Of a stretch of 64,000 bases of DNA, positions 21,191-31,950 are shown one piece after another (within the stretch, counting starts at the first letter, position 1; each line of letters starts with the position of its first letter). The position numbers and the translations under genes were made by a program. Below the pieces are notes generated by a model that was not told the DNA's origin, ran no database searches, and was given only the letters and a program-made list of their open reading frames with translations. Source of the DNA: Cyanidioschyzon merolae (taxonomy: Eukaryota); the NCBI GenBank assembly GCA_000091205.1, contig AP006491.2; one strand, given 5' to 3'.

Positions 21191-24172
21191 TCAGGGTACG
21201 AGATGCTTGCGCAGCAGCGGAGCAATGGGGACACCCCGTCGACTCTGGACCGCGGGACGCACTAGCTGCTCGTGCGTACGAACGGTAACCCATTCGGGAC
21301 CAAGTGGCGTACCGCCGACCGTTACAGCCTCAAAGTGAGCGGCACCCTGGAAACCTGACGGGACTCGCCGAACCTGAAGCATATCTGCAGCGCGCGCAAG
21401 ACGACGTTCCGACAGGATGACGTGCCCCAGCTGGCGGTCACGACGGCGTGCCTGCGCCATCGCTCGAACGCGCGCTGCAGCTTGCTCGCGACGTTCTTTC
21501 AGGCGTCGTTCGTAGGCGCTTTCCAGACCTGCCCCGGACCAAAAGCCCCAGCCAGGAAGCACCGTTGGAATCGCACTGGTATCCGCGAGCTCATCAAGCT
21601 CAGCCTCTAGCTGCGCTGCTTTCTGTCGGGCGAATTCTGCTTCATCCTCTGCGGTGGCTGCCCCCGCATCACCAAAGGCCACCTGCACCCAACGTACCTG
21701 TTCATCGGAGGCTTCGTTATCATGTCGATGGCCGGCCGGTTGATCCTTGAGTGCGGATCCCGCACTCGCCGCCGCCGCGTTAGTTGCGCACTTGTGTTGC
21801 GCAGCTTCCGATGGTGCATCTGAAGACACCGACGCGTTTGAAGCGCTCACTCTGGTACGTGGAGTAGAGGCGCGTGCTGCTGAAACGCAACTCGCGTCTG
21901 CGGCGCCTGGAGTCGACACGTACGTCAGCGCGTCTCCATTCGGAGCCGGAGACGGCGCCCGCAATCTTTTCAGCGCAACGGCATCAGTTGCGTGCGTCTC
22001 AAAGCCGGCATTGGACGACTTGCACAGTGGATCGCCTGGATGACCTGCGGAAGCAGACTGTTGCAACCACGGATTGCGATACGGGTCAGGTGTCGATGAT
22101 TTGTGCGCTTCCGCTCCCGAGGTATCGCCAGTAGGCCCATTTCTGCGGACGCTAGCAACGGATTCAAGATGCCGAGCGGAGCACGTTCCATCGCCCAGCG
22201 CACTGAACTCGGCTGTCTCTTCCGCACGGTGGCGTTTGCGCGAAGCGCTAGGCGCAGCTGGCAGCGCGTGTGCCGGCACACCGTCACAAGTCTCGACTGG
22301 TTGCTCCGAAGCGGATTCCGTGACTGGGGTTTCATCATTCGGCGTCGTTTCTCTGTTCGGCGCTGAAGCTGTTTCGAATCGTTTCGATGCCGCTAGCTCG
22401 GTTTCGTCGCCCAGCGCGGCCTCAAACTTTTGAAAAGTCGCATCTGTTGGCCGCAGCGGGATCGAATCGTCGCCGATGGGCCCAGCTGCACCACTGGTCC
22501 CGGTATGTCGCGTCTCGGGGTTCTTGCGTTCTCCGTGGCTGCAGCGTGCGCCACAAGCGGCACGGTCATTGGCGTCCTCGTCGTCTGAGAGCCTATTGCG
22601 GATATTATCCAAACTGTCGTCTTCGTCTTCGCTGGACTCGCTCGCGTCCGTAACACTTGTATCTGTTGCGGAATCAGCAACGCGAACGCCGTAACGACGC
22701 CGAGCATGCACCCAGTTCTCTGCCTGACAGTCGCGCTTATTAGGCACATCATGCAGCACTTGTTCCGCAGCTCGTTTCATAAAAGCCAAACCAGCAAGTC
22801 CCGAAAGAGCGCTTTTCGTTGCCCCCTGGCCAGACCCAGCTGCAGACGATCGTGCGGCAACGTTTTCAGTTTCTAGATCGCTCGGCGCATGTTGCGGATT
22901 GGATGGAGGCAGCGAGCCGCCGGCATCTTCCATGCGTTCTTCAGAGGATCCCGTGGACAGCAGCGCCGCTGGTCGACGTAGCGCCAGGTCCGCAGCGCGA
23001 TCCTGCTCTCGAATGGCATCGCGAGTCGCTGTATCGAGTTTCTCGAAGCCACGCTGCAGCTGGTGACGCACCCATTGGCTCTTGCGTCGATGGCGTTGCG
23101 TTGCACGCTCGAGGGCGCGTTGACGCTCCTGTTCCCGTTGGAGAGCCTCTAGCTCTGAGCGAGCGGCTGCAACCTCATCATTGTTTGTAGCTGCCGCTGG
23201 GCGCTGCCCCGGAGCCTTCGATCCTGCACCAGCGATGGCCTGCAAATCTCGAATGCGGAGCTCCCGGACGCGCTCTCGTCGGTGCTTGCGTAAGCGCCGC
23301 GTTCGTCGACTCGTGATCCGCTTGAGGAGTTTCGCGCGCTGCTCCTGGTAGAAAAGCAGCGTGCGATTCCTGGCGAGTTCCCGCTTACGGCGTTCAATTT
23401 CAGAGCGAGTGAGATGTTGGAGAGCGCGGCTTTCCGCCTGAAGCATCTGGTTTTCATCCAGTGCCTCTTGCGCAACGAGAATATCGCGGACGGTGGTCTC
23501 GAGCCCCGCTCGCGGAGTCTGCCGCATCGCCCTATCCAGCTGTTGAAGGTCGTTGACTGCCTCCCCGAAACTTGCTTCCCCAAGTTCTGATGCGTCTTTC
23601 AGCGGGAAAGATAGATGCTGCTTAGACTCGAGGTGCTGTACAACTGGCCGCCAACCTTCAAGCTCCTTCTTCCGTGCCTGGTATGCTGCTTTTTGCTGTG
23701 CTGCCGCAGCAGCGAGTCGATGTGGCGGTGGTCGCAACCGCTGATCCGGTCTTGCTTGCGATAGCCGCTCAATGTGGCGCTTCATTTCTTCATGGTGCAC
23801 GTCTCTGGGCGACAATGCGCCTAAAAAGTCGGTCAGCCGGACCTGTGGCTGTTCATGGCTACCGCTCCAGCCCAACGACGGCTGCTCTGGGTGCTCAGGC
23901 GGCGCGTCAAGCCGTTCTCGCACGTGTCGAGCGCGGCTTGGTACTCGGCCCAGAACCGATCGGAGCAGCGCATCGTGCGCCTCGCCGCTGTCGACGCCGG
24001 GTTCAGCGTCCGCGCTCAAGTACCACGCATCTGCGTCGGACGCCTCGCTCGGGCCGTTTGCTGGTGAGAATTGTTCCTCAGAGTCAGTGTCCGACCAGAC
24101 TTCCAGACCAAGCCTTCGCTCCAAGATCTTCATGGTACTAAATTGGTGCTCTCCGTCCTCCGATGACGACAT
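21191..24172 (-). CDS. UTP14: U3 snoRNP / SSU-processome protein UTP14. The ORF is formally open to 24577; the proposed start is Met at 24172 ('MSSSEDGEHQF').
   Basis: The C-terminal block 'LPGWGFWSGAGLESAYERRLKERRE...GHVILSERRLARAADMLQVRRVPSGFQGAAHFEAVTVGGTPLGPEWVTVRTHEQLVRPAVQSRRGVPIAPL' matches the conserved Utp14 C-terminus. The central region is a charged coiled-coil, 'RRKRELARNRTLLFYQEQRAKLLKRI...RRLRKHRRERVRELRI'. The 5' 400 nt of the long ORF run through a 68-bp tandem repeat (not a multiple of 3) and are probably 5' UTR. Confidence 0.8.
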   Translation of the reverse strand: MSSSEDGEHQFSTMKILERRLGLEVWSDTDSEEQFSPANGPSEASDADAWYLSADAEPGVDSGEAHDALLRSVLGRVPSRARHVRERLDAPPEHPEQPSLGWSGSHEQPQVRLTDFLGALSPRDVHHEEMKRHIERLSQARPDQRLRPPPHRLAAAAAQQKAAYQARKKELEGWRPVVQHLESKQHLSFPLKDASELGEASFGEAVNDLQQLDRAMRQTPRAGLETTVRDILVAQEALDENQMLQAESRALQHLTRSEIERRKRELARNRTLLFYQEQRAKLLKRITSRRTRRLRKHRRERVRELRIRDLQAIAGAGSKAPGQRPAAATNNDEVAAARSELEALQREQERQRALERATQRHRRKSQWVRHQLQRGFEKLDTATRDAIREQDRAADLALRRPAALLSTGSSEERMEDAGGSLPPSNPQHAPSDLETENVAARSSAAGSGQGATKSALSGLAGLAFMKRAAEQVLHDVPNKRDCQAENWVHARRRYGVRVADSATDTSVTDASESSEDEDDSLDNIRNRLSDDEDANDRAACGARCSHGERKNPETRHTGTSGAAGPIGDDSIPLRPTDATFQKFEAALGDETELAASKRFETASAPNRETTPNDETPVTESASEQPVETCDGVPAHALPAAPSASRKRHRAEETAEFSALGDGTCSARHLESVASVRRNGPTGDTSGAEAHKSSTPDPYRNPWLQQSASAGHPGDPLCKSSNAGFETHATDAVALKRLRAPSPAPNGDALTYVSTPGAADASCVSAARASTPRTRVSASNASVSSDAPSEAAQHKCATNAAAASAGSALKDQPAGHRHDNEASDEQVRWVQVAFGDAGAATAEDEAEFARQKAAQLEAELDELADTSAIPTVLPGWGFWSGAGLESAYERRLKERREQAAARVRAMAQARRRDRQLGHVILSERRLARAADMLQVRRVPSGFQGAAHFEAVTVGGTPLGPEWVTVRTHEQLVRPAVQSRRGVPIAPLLRKHLVP

Positions 24173-24267
24173 GTCTTCCTCTGCTGTCGTCAACAGCGGG
24201 CACGCCTTGAACATACGTGTCCGTAACGGAGCGGCGCATGCGTGTCGGTGTCGCCGCGTGCACGCAT

Positions 24268-24480
24268 GCGTGCAGCAGCCCAGTACCAGGAATGGAATAT
24301 TTTGTCGCAGATCTGCTGTTGCGCTGCATGCAGCTGCGTGCAGCAGCCCAGTACCAGGAATGGAATACGTTGTCGCAGATCTGCTGTTGCGCTGCATGCA
24401 GCTGCGTGCAGCAGCCCAGTACCAGGAATGGAATACTTTGTCGCAGATCTGCTGTTGCACTGCATGCAGATGCGTGCAGG
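24268..24480. repeat. Tandem repeat, 68-bp unit x about 3.1, immediately 5' of UTP14.
   Basis: 'tgtcgcagatctgctgttgc' recurs at 24303, 24371 and 24439 and 'gcgtgcagcagcccagtaccaggaatggaata' recurs at the same period. This generates the near-identical ORFs 24190..24540 (-), 24217..24594 (+) and 24242..24799 (+). Confidence 0.85.
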
Positions 24481-25884
24481 CGAGCACCGCAGACCGTTCG
24501 CGTTGCAAGCTCTGGTAAACGATACAAGAGGCTTGTGCACATGGCATGGACTCTGGGCAGAGGAGACTCTCTCTCAAATAGTGCTTTTCGGTAGATGTTG
24601 CGAGACGCTTCTAAAGATGGGATGGAGTATGGAAATAAGAGACTTGGCGATTTCGTCAGATACTGTGGAGCGGAACAACGACGCAGTGCGCTTCGACGGA
24701 TGGGAAGACTTGTGGAAACGCGATTCAGCCATCGCGACACCAAAGCGGAAGCGCGGAAGCAGCGCGTGCATCGTTGCTGCATATGAACAGCTGTCATGAC
24801 GGAGATCGAAGGCGTGCTCACTACTTGCAGCAAGACACGGAAGCGAGTATGCGTTGAGCGCGCTCGACGAATGACCCGGTGATTGCGCCAGCTCCTTATG
24901 ATCGGATCGGGAACACGGGACGCAGCCCCGTTCAGCGGCACTGCCTGAAACCGACAGAAGGCACCGAATGAGTACAGCAGCCGAATCGAGGAGTTGTGGA
25001 CAACCTAGAGTAGATCGAGAGGGCCATAGAACGTTCATGGAACTCTTCCAGAAAAAAACACAGCGGCTGCTACCGAATAGGATCCGGCGAACACCTCCGC
25101 CCAACAAACTAACAAACAAACAAAGAAACAGCTGGAGCGTCAAGCTCCCTGTCTGGTGCCGATTTCTCCACAGCGCGTGTGGTGCACCGATAGACTCCGG
25201 GCTGACGCTGGTTCATTCCTGGAAAAGCACCACGGGCTCTATCAGGCGAATGCAACCGCTCCGTGGCCATAGATCGGCGCCAAAATGCTGATAAACAGCG
25301 TCAGTGCCCGTTCAGATACCTAGAAGACATCCGGCATGTCTGGACGGCAGCGCAGTGCCGCTGAAACCTTTCCCAGAGACCAGCAGCAAACGCGTCCCAT
25401 ACGACGTCCCGATAAAGCAGACCACGACCAGCGTACCGCGACCACCTGCGCTGGCATCAGGCCCGAGCGATACGCACTGCGCTCAGACGTGCGGTTGGTG
25501 CAAGCCCTGTCGCTTCACTTGCCATAGGTACCGCAGCATTTTCATGGTCGAAGATGAACGCCTCTGTCCAAACTCTATGGCGTGCGCGTTGCGAGTCGAC
25601 TGTCGGCGTCGGGGGCTCGGCTACTCCGAAGACGCTCAATGTGTGTTCGCGTAGAGTGTCGGGTGCCTCGAGGTGCAGCGTTCGAGGCACCACGCTACGT
25701 CTTGCTCCGGTGCCGCGTGCCTACTTTACACGTATCCACAACAACACACAGACACACACACAACCACAACTCTAGAGGCATATCCATTGGGTTACAGTGA
25801 AACCCCGCCCATGACCAACGCGCACTGATCCATACAGAGCGCCAAGCTCTCGACACCATAGACACCCTCGATGTATCACCGATA

Positions 25885-28800
25885 TCACTGGGGTGGCTGC
25901 TGGGGGCCCCAGGCGAAGGGCCTCACCTCAGCCAGGTCCGGGTAACGGTGAATCCAGTCCAGATACGCCTCTGGTGACTCGTCGCCCTCTGATGCTGCCT
26001 CTATCTCGATGCCTACCGCCAGAGCGTGTTGCCGTCGTTCACCAGCAAGTCGAGCAATATTTTCCGACCAGTACGCATCCAACTGGGCTGCTACTTCACA
26101 AAACGCCTGCTGCTTCATCTCAGCCGCTAAAGGCGTCGTGATTCGCATCATCGGCTGCGGGGGCGGCCACAAGAGGCCGTGTTGCTGGACTCGGCGCCAA
26201 TAGAACGCATGTCGAATCCAGTCCGCAGCACTGAGCGCTTCGGTAGCGCTACAGCTCCGTCGCAAAAAGGCGGGAATAGCACGAAGCTGCGCAAGCGCCT
26301 CCGTCGGATCGGCAAGCACGCTCAGTTCAGAGAAACGATCTGCGCTGTTCAGATCGCCCAGAAGACGCTCATAAACCATCGCCATGAGCGTTGTGCCTAG
26401 TCTGCTGTCCGTGTGGTGTGCATAGAGCCACTCGAGACCACGTTCGAGCGCTGTGCTCGAGTCGTGCCCCAAAGACGCCGAATCTGTCGCAATCTGTCGT
26501 TCGTCCGCAGAGGCCAGGGCTGCCTCCGGACAGCGCACCTCATTCAGAAGCGCCAACGCCACCACGACAACCGCGGTATCGATATCAAGTCGACCAAGAC
26601 GCGAGAGTAACGACCAGCGCTCCACGTCGTGGTAGCAAATGCATCCGGTGAAGGCGAGGCTCACCAGAAGCAAGCCCGCCAGAGGTCCACGCGCCTTCGG
26701 TCCCGCTCCCTGCAACGTATTGATGAGCGTCTCAAGGGCTTGTCGGACACCGGACTCCAAGCCGTCCTGAGCCCCATCATCACTTCGAACGCATTCGAGT
26801 AAAGCGAGCAGCTGCAACATCGCGAAGAGGATAGGCTGAGCGCGGGCACCGCCAGAACGGTCCAGTATGCGCTGCAACACCTCGCGAATGCGACGCAAAC
26901 TCGGTACTGAAGCCTCGGTTACAACCAAAGTCGCGCTGGAACGCGACCGTGACGCTGCTTCCTCGCCTGCCGAGCACGAGGACGAGCAGAGAGCTGTCAA
27001 CGCGGCTGGCCCGAGACGTCGCAAGACCTTCATCACGATCTGAACAAAGCGACTCTCGAGTGCTGCGGTGCCTGCTCCGGACGGCAGCGCTCGGTTGGCG
27101 CGCTCGAGTGCCTCCATCGCCATGTGCCAGTTGTGCTGTGCTGCTCGCTGGCATCCGAGCGTCCACTGCAGCTCAGCAAAGCTATCCTGAATGCGCGCTA
27201 GACTCGAATACAAAAGCGCATCTAGCATGCACAACGAGGCTTGCATGTTGCGGGTCCCGGTTCCGTCGGGTTGTCCCTGCACAGTCGCTGTCGAAGGTTG
27301 TGCGTTGTCGCTTGTCGACACGATGGGCGCTGTCGGAAGCGCCACAGCAGCATGCGCAGTTGCAGCAGGAGCAACAGCGGCTGTTTCCGCTCCTGCTCGC
27401 GCTGCAGAGTCGACAGTACCCCGGGTACCGTCTAGGCAAGCCCGCTGCCCCGCGATTCCACTCCATATTTCCGTCTCCACTGCGGAGGCGGCTGCTCCTG
27501 GCACCTCAGGTGCCTCTGTGTAGCGCGCGTGCGCAGCTCGTTCGCTTTCATGTGACGCACCGCCGGCGTTTCGCTCAAGCAACAAGCGTTCGAGCTCGCC
27601 AACGAGGCTCAAGGCCTCGGTGTGCCGTCCCTCTGCAGCCAAGAGCGACGCATACGCTGTACCGACAAGTGTCATCAACTGGAGCGCGTCGCTACTGGAT
27701 GAACGCATCAGATGGTCTCGGAAACTCCAGCTCCGCGAAAGCGCCTCGGCAGCTGCAACAATCTTACCCTGCTGCTGGTAGGCCTCCCCGAGTGCGTACC
27801 AGGCGAGCAGTCGCCGACGATCTCGAAAGGCACTGACATCCTCAGTCTGCAGGTATTTTTGGAGTGAGACGGAGCAAGCCGACCAGTCCTGCCGCTCGAA
27901 CTGCAACCAGCCTAACGTGAACCAGGCCCATGGTAGCGTCCTCGAATGAGCAGCGATCGTCGTCAGGCACACTTGTTCCATGCGTTGGACGGCGTTCCAG
28001 ACGGCGCTGGAGTCCATTCGTTGCACCTGCTCGTGCAGGAGCCACGAGTAAGCCTGTACAAGTCGTAGCGCGGCAGTTTCATCGCTCGGTTCGAGTGCAT
28101 GCGCTCTTTCGAGACAATGCAGGGCGAGCTGCCAGTACCGGCGAGCTTTCTGAGAACGCTCTCGTGCATCGCCGCGATTCACCTGCTCTGTGACACTGGC
28201 ATGCTCCTGCGACAGGGGCTCGTTTCCAGGCAACGGATGCTCTGCGGATGCAGCGCTCCCCTGCGCCTCACCTGGGCCTGTGCGCCGGTCTTGAGGCTCT
28301 GCACTGCGCGTCGCATTGTCCAGTGTCGATGATGACGGCGACAACGTACCCGGTCGCTTCGTCGCACTGGGTTCGCTCCGCTGCCTCAGTCGAGCGGCGT
28401 CCGCTTCGTTCGGAGTACCCGAAGCATTCATGGACGCTGTCGTCGACGTCTGATGAGCCGCGCTCGAGTCTGTAACCGGCACCTGCACATCATGTGGGAG
28501 CAGTGATACCGAAACGCTCGGTCGCGCGAAGGGCACCGCTCCAGACAATGCACCACAGCCCGAGGCTCCTGCGCGTACTGCAGCCAGACTTGCAGCAGCG
28601 GTCGGATTAGCGCTACCCGACGCTTTCCAGATAGCGTGATCCATCTCTGGTGCCGGGGTGTCCAGCACCAGGGCACGTTCGCCGGCACCCGACGGCCAAC
28701 CCAGCGCTAGGGCGCTTTCCCAGAGTACGCGCGCCAGCTCCAGGTACGGTGCACCGAAACACGGGTCGATTGCTATCGCCGCCAGCAAGTCTGGTATCGC

Positions 28801-30480
28801 ATCAGCAGCTCTGGAGCTGGCGTCGCACTCCACTGGGGCGGATTGCTTACGCTGGTGCCGCAGACGGCGATGTCGTGCCCGACTTTGCAAGGCGAGTGCT
28901 CGTAGGCGAGAGGTCGAGGCGACGTCACGACCCCATCCAAGAAGCACAAGTCCCAGGGGCATCGGTGTCGGCTCGTGGTCATCTGCTTCCACCCGCAGAT
29001 TTTGCAGCACTGACCAGTGTCGCTCCCAGTCGACGCAGCGGTCACCAGCGTAGGAGCGCCCCAGTGACGCCTCTGAGCGTGCCTGCTCATCGTGCCACTC
29101 TATGCGATGAACTTGTGCCCACAAGTCATTCGGATCAGCCGCCAACACCTGTTCACAGAGCGACAGTGCTCGTTGGCGCGAGCGCACATCGTTGTGTTGC
29201 CAAAGCTCCACTGCAAGTAGGCGCCAGGCAGCACAGCGCAGACGCGTCGACCAGAGCACCGCATCGCCCGTGAACGCTTCGGTGTGAAGAACCTCCAGAG
29301 CCATCTGGAAAGCATCTTGTGCCTCCTGCGGATGACCCAGCGCATGCTTCGCAATACCCACGGCCAAATGGAGCGATGCAAGGAGTACGGAAAGATGTCG
29401 CTGCTCTGACTGAAGCTCGCGGAGATGCTGCACCGCGCGTCCAGCAGCTCGAGCAACGACATGCCATTCTCTGCGGTGCATGCCGACACCCAACTGCAGT
29501 AGCGCCTGCGTCAGAGGTGTCTTACCTCTAAAGTTGTCGATGGCGAGGTCCTCGGTGCTGCTTCGAGCGGCAGTGCTTCTGCTGTCGTCATTCCGACATC
29601 GAATAGCAATCACGAAAAGAAGCACCCGAGCCAGCTCGTTGGTGTGCGCACTATACGGCACTCGGTGAACCGTTCGCTGGCACCATTCTCGCCATGAGTT
29701 TACCAACGACTGCGGCGCTGTGTCGTTGAACAGCAACGCTTCGAGTACGCTGGTGCATACGACGTCACCGCTTGCGGCACCGTTTATCCAGGAGTCCAGC
29801 AGCGCATGCGGGTCGCCTGCGTACGTCCACATGCTCATTGCTGCTCGGAGGTACGCGTCAAAGCGAACAGGGTGCTCGCGCCATGCCCTTGTTGCTGCAC
29901 GTTGAAACCATCTCCACAACGCCACGAGTCCGCCGGTGGTGCTGCTTTTCAAGTAGCCAGCCATGTGTAGCCACTCGAGCGCGTCGGGCTCACGGTGTTC
30001 CACTTCGAAACGTGCCTGGAGACGTTCGCAGTCTAGTTCGTTGAATGCATGATCCGAGGGTGTTCGTCCACACAAGACGTCGAGTGCTCGTTGACGACGC
30101 ACCAGAAGCTGCTCAAGTCGCTGTTCATCTGTCGCTGTTGGCTCGGCTTCTATGCAGCGGTCGCACGCTTCGAGAACCGCACGCCAGTAGGCTGTCGACT
30201 CGGTTCCCGTTGCCTCAGCGGCGGACTCACAGAGTCCTCGCCATGCCAAGAGGTCCGTCGGACGCAGCGCTGTGGCGCGCTGGTAAGCCTGGAGCGATCG
30301 TTCTCGCTCGCCAAGGCCCGCTGCAGCTGCACCCACGAAAACGTATGCGAAGTAGTTGCCTCGATCCTGTTGAAGGACCTGCCGGGCACACTCCAGCGCA
30401 TAGGCGTAACGTTTGTCGCGAAGTGCCTCTTTCGCCTCGCGGAGCAAACCCGAGACCGACGCGTTTGCTCTGGCGCTCAT
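25885..30480 (-). CDS. SKI3: Superkiller complex TPR protein SKI3 / TTC37. The ORF is open to 30549; the start is probably Met at 30480 ('MSARANASVSGLLREAKEAL').
   Basis: The N-terminus 'LLREAKEALRDKRYAYALECARQVLQQDRGNYFAYVFVGAAAAGLGERERSLQAYQRATALRPTDLLAWRGLCE' tracks the conserved SKI3/TTC37 N-terminal TPRs. TPR-like helices (W/LG/Y/A/F/A/P spacing) recur along about 1500 aa, with low-complexity Ala/Ser inserts. Uninterrupted ORF. Confidence 0.8.
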   Translation of the reverse strand: MSARANASVSGLLREAKEALRDKRYAYALECARQVLQQDRGNYFAYVFVGAAAAGLGERERSLQAYQRATALRPTDLLAWRGLCESAAEATGTESTAYWRAVLEACDRCIEAEPTATDEQRLEQLLVRRQRALDVLCGRTPSDHAFNELDCERLQARFEVEHREPDALEWLHMAGYLKSSTTGGLVALWRWFQRAATRAWREHPVRFDAYLRAAMSMWTYAGDPHALLDSWINGAASGDVVCTSVLEALLFNDTAPQSLVNSWREWCQRTVHRVPYSAHTNELARVLLFVIAIRCRNDDSRSTAARSSTEDLAIDNFRGKTPLTQALLQLGVGMHRREWHVVARAAGRAVQHLRELQSEQRHLSVLLASLHLAVGIAKHALGHPQEAQDAFQMALEVLHTEAFTGDAVLWSTRLRCAAWRLLAVELWQHNDVRSRQRALSLCEQVLAADPNDLWAQVHRIEWHDEQARSEASLGRSYAGDRCVDWERHWSVLQNLRVEADDHEPTPMPLGLVLLGWGRDVASTSRLRALALQSRARHRRLRHQRKQSAPVECDASSRAADAIPDLLAAIAIDPCFGAPYLELARVLWESALALGWPSGAGERALVLDTPAPEMDHAIWKASGSANPTAAASLAAVRAGASGCGALSGAVPFARPSVSVSLLPHDVQVPVTDSSAAHQTSTTASMNASGTPNEADAARLRQRSEPSATKRPGTLSPSSSTLDNATRSAEPQDRRTGPGEAQGSAASAEHPLPGNEPLSQEHASVTEQVNRGDARERSQKARRYWQLALHCLERAHALEPSDETAALRLVQAYSWLLHEQVQRMDSSAVWNAVQRMEQVCLTTIAAHSRTLPWAWFTLGWLQFERQDWSACSVSLQKYLQTEDVSAFRDRRRLLAWYALGEAYQQQGKIVAAAEALSRSWSFRDHLMRSSSSDALQLMTLVGTAYASLLAAEGRHTEALSLVGELERLLLERNAGGASHESERAAHARYTEAPEVPGAAASAVETEIWSGIAGQRACLDGTRGTVDSAARAGAETAAVAPAATAHAAVALPTAPIVSTSDNAQPSTATVQGQPDGTGTRNMQASLCMLDALLYSSLARIQDSFAELQWTLGCQRAAQHNWHMAMEALERANRALPSGAGTAALESRFVQIVMKVLRRLGPAALTALCSSSCSAGEEAASRSRSSATLVVTEASVPSLRRIREVLQRILDRSGGARAQPILFAMLQLLALLECVRSDDGAQDGLESGVRQALETLINTLQGAGPKARGPLAGLLLVSLAFTGCICYHDVERWSLLSRLGRLDIDTAVVVVALALLNEVRCPEAALASADERQIATDSASLGHDSSTALERGLEWLYAHHTDSRLGTTLMAMVYERLLGDLNSADRFSELSVLADPTEALAQLRAIPAFLRRSCSATEALSAADWIRHAFYWRRVQQHGLLWPPPQPMMRITTPLAAEMKQQAFCEVAAQLDAYWSENIARLAGERRQHALAVGIEIEAASEGDESPEAYLDWIHRYPDLAEVRPFAWGPQQPPQ

Positions 30481-31049
30481 GATCCATATTCTTGAAGCTT
30501 GCGATTCGCGCTTCTGCACAAAAAGAAGAAGCCTGAATGCGTCGACCAAGTCGCTGCGTTGCTGGTACTCGACCCGGCGCTCGTCGTGGCAGCCAGTGCC
30601 TTCACTGGCGCAGCTCTAGGCCGCCGTTTTCGGCACAAACCGAGTACCGGACTGCAGATTCTCCGAACACTCGCTCCGTTTCCGCCAACGTCTGCAGTTG
30701 ATGAAAGTATGCTATAGGATCTTGTTCTACCAGAATCAGACACCTGAATACGACACGAGAAAGCACGAGCGAAGCAGGCCTGAACGGCTTGGAGACGCTC
30801 GTGCCGTCGCCTGCCGAGCACGTCCACGTCGCCGCTGCACTGCAGGATGCATTCATCGATACCGGGTGTCGAATGAGAAGCAACAGGTCAACCTGGGTAA
30901 TGAGGGCGTACACACACAATAAAGTTATGCTTTGTTGGTAATTGTCAGCGACAACAGCCTTGACGGGGTTGCTCAGCGAATGCTTGCGTATCCTGTCTCT
31001 AGTCTCTGGATTGAGAATCGGGAATTTCTCCTGTAATTCCTGCAGCATT

Positions 31050-31950
31050 CTTCACAGTCAAAGCATGTTGATGGTCGCGGTCAAGTCCCGAGATCTCGCC
31101 GCTTCCCACTTTTTCGATGCACGTTATGCACAGGCATAAGCTGCAATCTACGCTGCGATGTCTATGTTCGTTTCCTTCGTGTAATGCCTCGTCTTGCACT
31201 TTGGAGCAGCAGCGACGCTTGACGCTGCGCAGGTGTTGCCGCCTGTCGACTGCAACTCCTCCTCGTCTTCCGAGTGCTGCACTGTGGCGTGCAAATGCTT
31301 GCTCCATCGCTCGCCGTATGCCGTTGACAGGTACAGAAGGATACGCTCGATGCCGTTTTCCGTTTCCGCACCTGGTGCAGGACCCGGCGATCACGGGCTT
31401 CGTCTGGCAGCTCCACCAGACGAGTACTCTGCCCGCTACGTATGGAAGCGCGTGCTGTTCCATTCGATAGAGGGTGTGTGGACCGCAATGCTTTCCATGA
31501 TGAGACGAGTACCGGAAGGAGAATCAAACCCGGAAAAGAGGGAAAATTATTCGACCCGTCTACGTTCTCTTCGTGCAGAGCGGTGACGCATGCCGCACGG
31601 GAAGCGATCGCTGCGATGACTCAGGCCCAGCTTCCATGAACATTTTTCGAGCAAACATATGAAACGCCACCCCTGATAGCATATACGGTGCGAGGTATCA
31701 CGTTTCTGTCGAATGGCGTCTCGTCGATAGCCATAAAGAAATCGGGATCACTTGCCATTCGAATGGAATGAATGATTCGAGGTGACACGATTCGTGGACG
31801 CTTCGTATGCGCTTGGGGAACGTCATCAAGTATTGAGGTCGAATCCTTTTAGTCTTTCATCCCGCACCGCGAATAACTCTGCCCACGAGTTGCCTTGAAA
31901 CCGAAAGATCCAGAATCTGAACGATATGTGATTCGAGCAAGCCCTGTCTA
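31050..31950 (+). repeat. Copy A of an ancient direct duplication of about 900 bp (partner at 34420-35300).
   Basis: Colinear blocks: 31270 'gagtgctgcactgtggcgtgcaaatgcttgctccatcgctcgcc' vs 34600 'gagcgctgccctgtggcacatgaacgcttgcttcatcgctcgg'; 31488 'gctttccatgatgaga' vs 34829 'gctttccatgatgaga'; 31590 'gcgatcgctgcgatgactcaggcccag' vs 34940 'gcgattgccgcgatgacccaagttcgag'; 31880 'tgcccacgagttgccttgaaaccgaaagatcc' vs 35230 'tgcccacattcgttgcctcgaaacagaaagacc'. Peptides from the matching frame are also parallel: 'PRLPSAALWRANACSIARRMP' vs 'KLPAPSAALWHMNACFIARYMP'. About 70% identity. Confidence 0.75.

Noticed and set aside
30602-31048. 148-aa minus-strand ORF immediately upstream of the SKI3 start
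   Set aside because: No motifs, and it overlaps duplicated block A (31050-31950 region). More likely 5'-flanking non-coding sequence than a gene.
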